DNA of 64,000 nucleotides from Verrucomicrobiales bacterium. GTDB lineage: Bacteria; Verrucomicrobiota; Verrucomicrobiia; Verrucomicrobiales; V1-33. The position numbers were made by a program, and so were the translations under genes. Positions within the stretch are counted from its first letter, which is position 1. Each line of letters starts with the position of its first letter. Below, piece after piece: positions 44,401-51,689 of the stretch. A model generated the notes under the pieces. It saw nothing but the letters and a program-made list of their open reading frames with translations. It did no database searches and had not been told where the DNA came from. Location of the stretch: contig JAGNEJ010000002.1 of NCBI GenBank assembly GCA_018003315.1, positions 27,267 through 91,266 on the forward strand, in the 5' to 3' direction.

Positions 44401-46716
44401 CCGTCCGGGAAACTCAAGATCAGCGGCAGTCTTGGAACCTATCTGGAGTCCGGTGCGGCCGGCACTGCAATGGTCATCAATGAAGGGCTAGTCGAAATCA
44501 CTGGCGCGGGCGGCATGGACTGCGCGCCGTATTTCGATCAGCGCAGCGGCGCGCAGCTTCACTGCCGGCCTGGCGCAGGCGGCCTGGCATTCCGTAATGG
44601 CCTGAGCCTGCACGGCGGAATCTATCTGAATGGCCAGACCGTAAGCATCGCCGGCGGCGGCATGGTGGAGCCGTTCAAGCCGCAGGGCCACTTCAACGGT
44701 CCCGGACGCGTGGTCATTGACAACGTGCCGCTGCGATTGGAGCCAGCGGGCGACTTCATCATGCCGAATGCGGAGTTCATCGGCGCGGACATTCAGGCCC
44801 CGATGAGCGGACGCATCGGTCTCGGCGGCGGTATCTCGTTCCGCGGCGGCGGTATCATCAAAGGCACCGCCATCACTGCCAATGGCAGCATGGAAATTCT
44901 GCCGCATTCGCTGGGCGGGAATTATTTCATCGCCCTGCGCGACGGCACGTCTCTGGAAGCCAGCGGCCCGGCCAGCCGCATTGGCGACTGGGGCGTGGCC
45001 GGCCAGGGATCGAGCATCGTCCTCGGCGAGGGCAGCAGCATCACCAATCGCGGCACCCTGACATTCGGCGGCGCCCGCATGGCCATCAGCCCCGTCGCAG
45101 CCGCGCAGGACGGCCCCCCGCCGGTGCCCGCGAATACCGGCAGTTTCAACAACGCCGGCACCATGATCCTGAGCAACGGAGTGCTCGTCGTCGTGCATAA
45201 AGATGTGAGCTTCGGCACCGGCGGCCTGCTGCGCGTGGAAGGCGGCGGCAATCTCATGCTCCAGGGCCGCCTGCAAAACGGCGGCAACCTGGTCATCTCA
45301 GGCGCGGGTTCCGGATTCGCTGCGGCGGAGATCGCCCCCGGCGCGCGGCCCGGAAGCCTGACCGCGGAGAACGGCGCAGGCGTGACGATCAACGGCCCGG
45401 TCGCTGCCAGCAGCGTGTCCGGCAAAAGTGGAGCGCGCATCATCGTGCCGGGTGCAGGCGGAAACATTGTCGCACCGGGAGCGGGCGGCGGCATTGTCGC
45501 ACCCGGTGCGGGCGGCGGCATTGTGGCTCCGGGAGCTGGCATCGTCGCGCCGGGCGCGGGAGTTGTCGCGAAGGACAGCGGAAAGGTAGAGGCCGGTGGC
45601 AGCATTATCGCACCAGGAGCCGGCGGAGGAATCGTCGGCGCAGGAGCGGGCATAGTCGGAGCCGGCGCGGGCATTGTCGCTGCAGGGGCCGGCAGCCCCA
45701 TCGTGGCTGCGGGCGCCGGCAGCGGCATCGTAGCGCCGGGGGCAGGCGGCGGACTCCAGGCGCCCCGCAGCCCGAGGGGAAATAATCCACCCGCGTCCGG
45801 CCCCGGCATTATCCAGGTAACGGGAACCGGCAGTTTCATTCTGCTGGAGGATGGCGGACTCGTGGATGCCGGCGTGAAAATCTTCGCCGTGCCGCAAGCG
45901 ACGATGATGGGCCAGGGAACACTGCGTGCACCGCTCATTCACGACTGCGGCGTCCTCTCACCCGGGAGTGCCGGCATGTATCACGCCGGGGTACCGGTCG
46001 CCGAACTGACCCTCGACGGCGACCTGCAATTGGAAGCTACCAGCACGTTCATCGCCGACATCATGGCTGCCGCCAGCGACCTCGCACACGTCACCGGCGA
46101 TGCCGCGCTGGCCGGACGCCTGCAGGTGAATCTGGCCGTCGGCTTCACGCCCGCCGCAGCGCAATCGTTCACCATCCTCACCAGCAGCGCCATCACCGGC
46201 ACGTTCGACAATCTCACCGCCGGCCGCGTCTTCACCGCCGACAATCGCGGCAGCTTCGCCGTTACCGCCAGCGCCACCACGGTCGCACTCACGGATTACC
46301 AGCCCGGCGCTCCCGGCAGCGCGCTCACCTTCGCCGCCTGGCGCGGGAATGTCGCTTTCTTCACCACTGCCGAATCCACGAACGACGCCGTCAGCGGTCC
46401 CGCCGCGGATCCCGATGCCGACGGCCTGACCAATCAACTCGAATACGCTCTCGGCCTTCATCCACGGCAGGAAAGCAGCGCCGCATGCCCGTCGCTGGTC
46501 CGCCGCCCGGACGGGGCGCTCGTTTTCACCTGGACGCGTGGGAAGCACATCATCGGCTCGCTCTCCCCTGAGACCACCGGCGATGTCGCCGCCGCATGGG
46601 CGCCATTGACCGCGGTGACGTGGCTGGTGAGCGAAACCGCCGTGCAGGAAACCTGGAGCGTCATCGTGCCGCAGGACGCGGTGCGGAAATTCGTGCGCGT
46701 GAAGTTCATCCCGTGA
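41491..46716 (+). CDS. giant secreted repeat protein 2 (LamG domain, TSP3-like DxDGDG motifs, beta-helix-like repeats, tandem IVAPGAGGG array, conserved C-terminal module)
   Basis: ORF 41035..46716. In-frame ATG 41491 gives the signal peptide MKTRTQFLSLLVCFIPSSPLQA. The upstream part overlaps the end of gene 1. Motifs include DTDGDGLPDVWE and DTDSDGLPDYWE. The LamG domain has IEGWVSVD..YARVFDFGD..NWLGRSQW..YDEFRVYPRALS. The tail ends KFVRVKFIP. Confidence 0.8.
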   Translation: MKTRTQFLSLLVCFIPSSPLQAGILADSKADFTGVQGTNGWTYGYRNLAADGGGENYDPATAFIPFTGGAGQGAWNATAQQFNPGHSIQPSFHLAAAGATPYTTVGAEYTHPNQTPLHWAVRRCTLNVVPAGASLAFTWSMRKQDPGGGNGVTGALYVDGNKVDEVVISYADTIGVTRNFYTHLPAGTHRVDLVLKSRGTDGGDLDWYDAVWQRLVITNTFPEFPINPDGLLFIPQPVVDTDGDGLPDVWERYHAGNLSVLSAAPADFDNDGQTDAAEFAAGTSPTAGSGPVQRWSFNEKPGPLTAAELKNEVTFSQKAVPQGWGLRGTGRGVSMPGGHQNFAGYIDLPNHIVSRYDSCTIEGWVSVDAGGNYYARVFDFGDSASTEYFGPGGVTGEGMDFIVYSACNAYNYDRPELAWWDRSTAGLPPQGQLPVYTVNSPTTFGRFFHFAFTAEKTGAAQSRINWWINGVRHITDVTLPVTLANLRDVNNWLGRSQWAVCGNLAATYDEFRVYPRALSEAEVLASRTAGPDAGLPDTDSDGLPDYWEQMFTSPASTTSLAAASNTDNDGLTALQEYQNYSDPGRADTDDDGMNDGAEVAAGRLPHFAELAPVNYSGGVAPGDWNNAPNWMSAGVPNDTATTKFSARYDKGGEVEIKSPVTVTDLQFYGGSRLKPGAAGASLTVQRNLSIGGEFKDMGTINAGSATRGGIQIDSASVFWPQSNWLTLVNTTLVNKGPDGILRGEETLRFYGGARLENDGRFFFPLSAWLYNDDGHAGNLVVNRGVFTFDAPGGETTFHVPTSTRGGVWDVRRGNVSLGTFNSAPFSHFMEDATVRLPASSTMYLRNQATATFAGNSIVEGDGQVYIIGGALHQQDGNLPVKNLVLERGGISGAAGSQMIVENLELRHGTLAHAGTFAASNGFQFRNKQDFFSDTWIKLRESQLDLIGPANEWAKTDGVLSFGTLARLRIHPSGKLKISGSLGTYLESGAAGTAMVINEGLVEITGAGGMDCAPYFDQRSGAQLHCRPGAGGLAFRNGLSLHGGIYLNGQTVSIAGGGMVEPFKPQGHFNGPGRVVIDNVPLRLEPAGDFIMPNAEFIGADIQAPMSGRIGLGGGISFRGGGIIKGTAITANGSMEILPHSLGGNYFIALRDGTSLEASGPASRIGDWGVAGQGSSIVLGEGSSITNRGTLTFGGARMAISPVAAAQDGPPPVPANTGSFNNAGTMILSNGVLVVVHKDVSFGTGGLLRVEGGGNLMLQGRLQNGGNLVISGAGSGFAAAEIAPGARPGSLTAENGAGVTINGPVAASSVSGKSGARIIVPGAGGNIVAPGAGGGIVAPGAGGGIVAPGAGIVAPGAGVVAKDSGKVEAGGSIIAPGAGGGIVGAGAGIVGAGAGIVAAGAGSPIVAAGAGSGIVAPGAGGGLQAPRSPRGNNPPASGPGIIQVTGTGSFILLEDGGLVDAGVKIFAVPQATMMGQGTLRAPLIHDCGVLSPGSAGMYHAGVPVAELTLDGDLQLEATSTFIADIMAAASDLAHVTGDAALAGRLQVNLAVGFTPAAAQSFTILTSSAITGTFDNLTAGRVFTADNRGSFAVTASATTVALTDYQPGAPGSALTFAAWRGNVAFFTTAESTNDAVSGPAADPDADGLTNQLEYALGLHPRQESSAACPSLVRRPDGALVFTWTRGKHIIGSLSPETTGDVAAAWAPLTAVTWLVSETAVQETWSVIVPQDAVRKFVRVKFIP
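45439..45753 (+). repeat. tandem 9-aa / 7-aa IVAPGAGGG repeat array in giant protein 2
   Basis: IIVPGAGGN-IVAPGAGGG-IVAPGAGGG-IVAPGAG-IVAPGAG-VVAKDSGKVEAGGS-IIAPGAGGG-IVGAGAG-IVGAGAG-IVAAGAGSP-IVAAGAGSG-IVAPGAGGG. Codons differ between units (gtcgcaccggga, gtcgcacccggt, gtggctccggga, gtcgcgccgggc). Confidence 0.9.
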
Positions 46717-46764
46717 GCGGAATCGTCGTGGCGCGCGGCGCATGGCTCATTCACCATTGTCCGC

Positions 46765-49431
46765 ATGACCAGCACTCCGCTGCCACCTGAACTCACCGGC
46801 CTCGATCTCGCTGGCCTGCTCGGCAGCGCGCTCGTGGACGATGCGGTGGAACCGCTGGCGGACGGGCTGGAGGACGTGCGCTTCGTCGCCCGCGGCGGCA
46901 TGGGCAGTGTGTATCGCGCGCGACAACCGAAGCTGGACCGCACGGTGGCGGTGAAAGTGCTCGCGCCGGAGCTGGCAGCGGATGCGGCGTTTGCGGAGCG
47001 ATTTCGGCGTGAGGCGGCGACGATGGCGCGGCTGGCGCATCCGCACATCGCGGCGGTGTTCGACAGCGGTGTGACGACGGACGGGCTGCCGTTTTACCTG
47101 ATGGAATTCGTGGAGGGCGGCGACCTCGCGCAGCGCATGAAGGCAGGCCGCATTCCTGCCGCGGAATGCGTGCGCCTTCTCAGCGAAGCCGCCGCCGCAC
47201 TGGAGCACGCGCAGGCGCAGGGCGTGGTGCATCGCGACGTGAAGCCGTCGAATCTGCTGCTCGCGCCGGACGGCACAGTGAAAGTCGCGGACTTCGGCCT
47301 GGCCGCCCCGGCGGAACGCGATCCCACCACGCGGCTCACGCGCACCGGCAGCACGCTGGGCACCCTGGAATACGCCGCGCCGGAGCAGATCGAAGGCCGT
47401 GCAGCCGATGCACGCAGCGATCTCTACAGTCTCGGCGTCATCGCCTACGAACTGCTCACCGGCACGCTGCCGCGCGGGGCCTTTGAGCCGCCTTCGGTGC
47501 ACAGCGGCGACTGGAGATTCGACGACGTCATCGCGCGGGCGCTGGCGCGTGAGCCTGACAAACGCTTTCCCTCCGCCGCCGCCTTTCGCGAAGCCCTGAC
47601 GCGCGCCGCCTCGCGCGAGGCGAATGTGTGGAAACTCCTGCGCCGCAGAAACCGCGTGGCCATCGCCGTCAGCGTGCTGGCCCTGCTGGCCGCGGGGGGA
47701 GCCTTCATGGCATGGCGGCAGTCGCAGCGCGCAGCAACCCACGCCGCCGCTGCGCAGAATGCCCGCCGCGAAGCCGAAGCACTGGTGGATTTCATGATCA
47801 ACGAGTTGCGCGGACGCCTCACCGAAGTGAGCCGACTCGATCTGATGGAAGGCGTGGTGAACAAAACTGGAGCGTATCTGGCACACGCCGGCGGCGATGA
47901 AAACGATCCCGCTTTTCAGCGCATCCGCGCCACCTGGCTGGAGGCCAAAGGCATCGTGCACCGCGTCAAGGGCCAGACGGACGACGCGGTGCAGGCGTTC
48001 GATGCCGCCGCGGAGATTCGGCGGCGCTTCGCCGCCAGCGGGCCGGACCAGACGAAATGGCTGGGCGAACTCGCGCAGGGCCTGCGCCAGCTTTACGAAC
48101 TGCATCAGCGCTGGAAGCCGCAGGTGCCGCGCGAGCCGCTGCTGCGCGAAATCCTCAGCACTGCGGAAACAATGGCTGCGCTTTCACCCGGCGACCGCCG
48201 TGCCGCCCTCACGGTTTCCGGCGCACAGGGCGACCTGGCCGCTCATTATTCCCGGCATGGGAATCCGGCGGAGGCCGCGCGCTGCGCCGCATTGCAGCAG
48301 CGCACGCTGGAGGAACTGGCGTCCAAAGATCCGGAAGATTTCAATATCCGCTTTCAACAGGGCGATTCGCTCACCCTGCGGGCCGGCATTTGCAATGAAT
48401 CCGGCGACCAGGACACCGCCGTTTCGCTGGCACGCGAAGCGCTGGCCTTGTTTGAAAATCTTTCGGCGCGCCGCCCCAATGACCACTTTCTGCGCGGTCG
48501 AATTTCCCACTGCCAGCAATACGTCGGCGGGCTGTTGGCGGATGCCGGACGCACCGCCGAAGCCATTCCCCATCTGCAGCGCGGCGCGGAAATCGCATCC
48601 TCCCTCGCCGCGCAAAGCCCACAGAACCAGGAATCCCAGCGCGACACCGCACGGCATTGGAAAGGGCTGGCCGATGCGCTCGACACCCTGGGCCGCACCG
48701 CCGAAGCCGCCGCCGCCCGTGCGCAACAGGCGGCGTTTCAAGCAGCAGCATCCGCGTCCGCCGCCTCCCCGGTTTCACCGGATGCGCTCACCACCGCGGA
48801 AGCGGCCGCCTGGGAAAAACTCACGCCGGACTCCCCTCTCGCCGACCACGTGGCATGGGCCGATGCTGCGGAAAAAGTCGGCTATGCAATCTACGACAGG
48901 GACCATCCGGAAGCCTCTCTGGAGTGGTTTCGGAAATGTCAGGAAAAACTCAACCCGCACACTTCGGATGCCGGCGGAATCTCCCTGTGGCACTGGAGCC
49001 TGGGGCGCACGCTCAACCGCATCGGCGCCATTCACGAGGACCGTGCGGAATGGGACGAAGCCGCGGCCCCCTACCGCCGCGCCCTGGATCTGCGCAAACG
49101 CCTCGCGGCATGGCAGCCCGCCGAGCGCCGGTTTCAACGCGACGTTTTCAGCAGCTTCGATCACTGTGCAGACGTGCTCATTGCCAGGGCGGACACCGGG
49201 GCGCTGCTGGCCCTCGCACGGGAGTGCCTCGCCTTTCTGCCATCACTCGGCAGCGAACGCGCGTGGCTGGAAACGGCGGCCAAGGATTTCTGCAGATGGA
49301 CGGAAGCCGCGGCAAAACGGGATGCGCCAGCCGCAGTCACCCTTGCCCGGGAGATTCTCGCGGTGCTCTATCCTGAACCGGCACCGAAGCCCTCGGAGTT
49401 CGAATCACGGCTGCGGGCGCTGCTGCGCTGA
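46765..49431 (+). CDS. membrane Ser/Thr protein kinase with large TPR/helical-repeat C-terminal domain
   Basis: Hanks kinase motifs are GGMGSVYRA..VAVK, HRDVKPSNLLL, DFGLA and GTLEYAAPEQ. The TM helix is VAIAVSVLALLAAGGAFMAW, followed by about 560 aa of TPR-like helices. It starts 49 nt after giant gene 2. Confidence 0.9.
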   Translation: MTSTPLPPELTGLDLAGLLGSALVDDAVEPLADGLEDVRFVARGGMGSVYRARQPKLDRTVAVKVLAPELAADAAFAERFRREAATMARLAHPHIAAVFDSGVTTDGLPFYLMEFVEGGDLAQRMKAGRIPAAECVRLLSEAAAALEHAQAQGVVHRDVKPSNLLLAPDGTVKVADFGLAAPAERDPTTRLTRTGSTLGTLEYAAPEQIEGRAADARSDLYSLGVIAYELLTGTLPRGAFEPPSVHSGDWRFDDVIARALAREPDKRFPSAAAFREALTRAASREANVWKLLRRRNRVAIAVSVLALLAAGGAFMAWRQSQRAATHAAAAQNARREAEALVDFMINELRGRLTEVSRLDLMEGVVNKTGAYLAHAGGDENDPAFQRIRATWLEAKGIVHRVKGQTDDAVQAFDAAAEIRRRFAASGPDQTKWLGELAQGLRQLYELHQRWKPQVPREPLLREILSTAETMAALSPGDRRAALTVSGAQGDLAAHYSRHGNPAEAARCAALQQRTLEELASKDPEDFNIRFQQGDSLTLRAGICNESGDQDTAVSLAREALALFENLSARRPNDHFLRGRISHCQQYVGGLLADAGRTAEAIPHLQRGAEIASSLAAQSPQNQESQRDTARHWKGLADALDTLGRTAEAAAARAQQAAFQAAASASAASPVSPDALTTAEAAAWEKLTPDSPLADHVAWADAAEKVGYAIYDRDHPEASLEWFRKCQEKLNPHTSDAGGISLWHWSLGRTLNRIGAIHEDRAEWDEAAAPYRRALDLRKRLAAWQPAERRFQRDVFSSFDHCADVLIARADTGALLALARECLAFLPSLGSERAWLETAAKDFCRWTEAAAKRDAPAAVTLAREILAVLYPEPAPKPSEFESRLRALLR

Positions 49432-49461
49432 GCGCATCCCCGGAAGGACGCGGCACGCCGT

Positions 49462-50811
49462 TCACGCGGGAGGAATCGGACGTCCGTGCGGATCTGCGGT
49501 GGGATTGCCCAGTTGTTCCGCCATGCGCCGGACATTTTCCTCGCTGAGCAGGTGCTCCATTTTTTCCGCATCTTCATGCACATGATCCGTCGCAAATCTC
49601 GCCCGCTGGGTGAGGTAGAGTTCCCAGAGGCGGTGATTGCGGACCACGCGGCGGGCTTCCGCCCATCCGGCGTCGGTTAAGGAAAAATCCCCCGGTGCAG
49701 CAGCGGCAAGCCAGCCGGCCTGCTGGAGCGGTTTCAGCGCACTGGAACTCCGCCGCACGGTGCATCCCTGGCTAGCGGCAAATTCATCGGCGGTGAAATG
49801 CCTGCCGGGGATTTCTGCTGAATCGCGTTTTTCCAGCAGATGGTAGATCGCCTTCAGGGCATTTTCCAGACGCACCCGGCGATTCCACTGGCGGGCTTTC
49901 CACCAGCGGGTGAGCCACCCGTGGCGCGGGCTGAAGCAGAAGGCGCCGGCAAACAGCGCCGCCGCGCACAGGACGACCATGGGACCTGCAGGAAGCCGCG
50001 TTCCGACGAAGGAAAAATAGCTCCCCGCCAGGGCGGAAAGCACGCCGATGGCGGCGGAAATCACCAGCAGGCGGTGCAGTTGGTCGGTGAGCAACCCGGC
50101 TGCCGCGGCGGGAATGACCAGAAGGGCGGACACCAGCACCACGCCCACCGCCTCCATGGAGACGACAATGGCGACCGTGGTCAGCAGCATCAGCAGATAA
50201 TGCAAAAACCGCACCGGAAGTCCAGCCACCCGGCCGAAAGCGGCATCAAAACTGAGCACCAGGAATCCCCGGTGCAGCAGGAGCACGGACGCCAGTGTGG
50301 CCAGGAGCGACCAGGCCAGCCAGGAGACATCCTGTGAATCGACGGCGGCCAACTGGCCGAAGATGAATTTGTCCAGACCGGTCTTGTTGCCGGGCGGCAG
50401 CATGGCGATCCAGCAGACGCCAAGGGCGAAAAACACCGTCAGCACCAGACCCTGGGCGGCATCGGATTTGAGTTTGGTGGTGTGGGTGATGCCGCTGACC
50501 AGCAAGCTGCCGACGATGCCCGCCACCGCGGCACCCGCGAGCATGGCCAGCGGATCCTTGGTCATGTGGTAAAGATAGCCGGCGACAATGCCGGGCAGCA
50601 CGGCATGGGCCAGGGTGTCCCCCGCCAGGGCCATGCGCCGCACCACCAGATAGCCGCCTAACAATCCACAGTTGACGCCCAGCAGGACGGCGGCAGCCAG
50701 GGAGGAACGGACAAATGGATCGCGCAGGCTGAAAAACCGCAGGGATTTTTCCCAGAGGCCGGCCTCGTCCGGATCCGGGGTGCATCCAGTTAGGATTACC
50801 GCCGCAAACAT
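49462..50811 (-). CDS. ABC-3 family metal (Mn/Zn/Fe) transporter permease fused to C-terminal DtxR/MntR-type metalloregulator domain (YtgCR-like)
   Basis: The 3' part of ORF 49462..51456. ATG 50811 is used here; GTG 50901 is an alternative start. Permease motifs are DTLAHAVLPGIVAGY and several TM helices. The C-terminal roughly 140 aa carry LENALKAIYHLLE (wHTH), HRLWELYL, HVHEDAEKMEHLLSEE and DPHGRPIP, which are DtxR-family signatures. Confidence 0.8.
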   Translation of the reverse strand: MFAAVILTGCTPDPDEAGLWEKSLRFFSLRDPFVRSSLAAAVLLGVNCGLLGGYLVVRRMALAGDTLAHAVLPGIVAGYLYHMTKDPLAMLAGAAVAGIVGSLLVSGITHTTKLKSDAAQGLVLTVFFALGVCWIAMLPPGNKTGLDKFIFGQLAAVDSQDVSWLAWSLLATLASVLLLHRGFLVLSFDAAFGRVAGLPVRFLHYLLMLLTTVAIVVSMEAVGVVLVSALLVIPAAAAGLLTDQLHRLLVISAAIGVLSALAGSYFSFVGTRLPAGPMVVLCAAALFAGAFCFSPRHGWLTRWWKARQWNRRVRLENALKAIYHLLEKRDSAEIPGRHFTADEFAASQGCTVRRSSSALKPLQQAGWLAAAAPGDFSLTDAGWAEARRVVRNHRLWELYLTQRARFATDHVHEDAEKMEHLLSEENVRRMAEQLGNPTADPHGRPIPPA

Positions 50812-50909
50812 CAGCAGCACTCCCGGCCAGGAAGCGTCCTGCCGGTTGCCAAAAGGAATCGGCGCGGGATTTGTCCGATTTTCTGGCGGTCGATGTGCCA
50901 CGGCAGCAC

Positions 50910-51689
50910 TCACGGTTTTCCGGAGGATTTTTTGAAAGCCATTTCGCTCAGCAGCGTCATCTGGCCGCCATAGGTCAGGTGCAGGTTTTCCGGCGTCCAG
51001 ACTTCTGAGGTTGGCCCGAAGGCGACGAGCCGGAGATTCAGCAGCAGCAGGTGGTCGAAATACTCCGGTGCGGTGGTCAGGTCGTGGTGCACCACCAGCA
51101 CCGTGCGCCCCTCCCGCTTCATGTCGCGCAGGATGTCCACGATCGCCCGCTCCGTGGCGGCATCGACGGCGGCAAACGGTTCGTCCATCAGATAGAGGTC
51201 GCTCTCCTGCGCCAAGGCCCGGGCCAGAAACACCCGCTGCTGCTGGCCGCCGCTGAGATTCGCAATCTGCCGCTGCGCATACGGCAGCATCTGCATTTTT
51301 TCCAGACTGCGACGGGCGATTTCCCGGTCCTCCGCCTTCGGGCGGCGCAGCAGACCCAGCCGGCCGTAGCGTCCCATCATCACCACATCCATGGCGTTGA
51401 CTGGAAAATCCCAGTCCACGGTTTCGCGCTGCGGCACATAGCCCACCCGCCGACAATGCTCCCGGTAGGACTTGCCGAAAACCTGCACATAGCCGCCAGC
51501 CAGCGGCAGCAGGCCCAGGATCGCTTTGAGCAGGGTGGATTTTCCGGCTCCGTTAGGACCCACGATTCCCACCAGGGCGCCCTGGGGAATACAGGCATCG
51601 ATTCCGTAAAGCACCGGCTTGCGGTCGTAAGTCACCGTCAGGTCGTGAAACTCCAGCGCCCACGGGGAAAGGATGGCAGCAGTGCTCAT
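50910..51689 (-). CDS. metal ABC transporter ATP-binding protein
   Basis: Walker A is GPNGAGKSTLLK, the signature is LSGGQQQRV and Walker B is LYLMDEPFAAVD. The start overlaps the upstream stop (ATGA 51686-51689). Confidence 0.9.
   Translation of the reverse strand: MSTAAILSPWALEFHDLTVTYDRKPVLYGIDACIPQGALVGIVGPNGAGKSTLLKAILGLLPLAGGYVQVFGKSYREHCRRVGYVPQRETVDWDFPVNAMDVVMMGRYGRLGLLRRPKAEDREIARRSLEKMQMLPYAQRQIANLSGGQQQRVFLARALAQESDLYLMDEPFAAVDAATERAIVDILRDMKREGRTVLVVHHDLTTAPEYFDHLLLLNLRLVAFGPTSEVWTPENLHLTYGGQMTLLSEMAFKKSSGKP

Noticed and set aside
44922-45938. Minus-strand ORFs 44922..45938 and 45298..45942 with a striking PAPGATMPPPAPGATM proline-rich repeat
   Set aside because: The repeat is simply the reverse-complement reading of the IVAPGAGGG array. 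The plus-strand frame is continuous with a 1741-aa protein that has a signal peptide and known domains.
46747-49585. ORFs 46747..48105(-) and 47897..49585(+), which overlap the Ser/Thr kinase gene
   Set aside because: They are alternative-frame or antisense products with extreme Arg/Pro/Ala bias. The kinase frame carries all the Hanks motifs.
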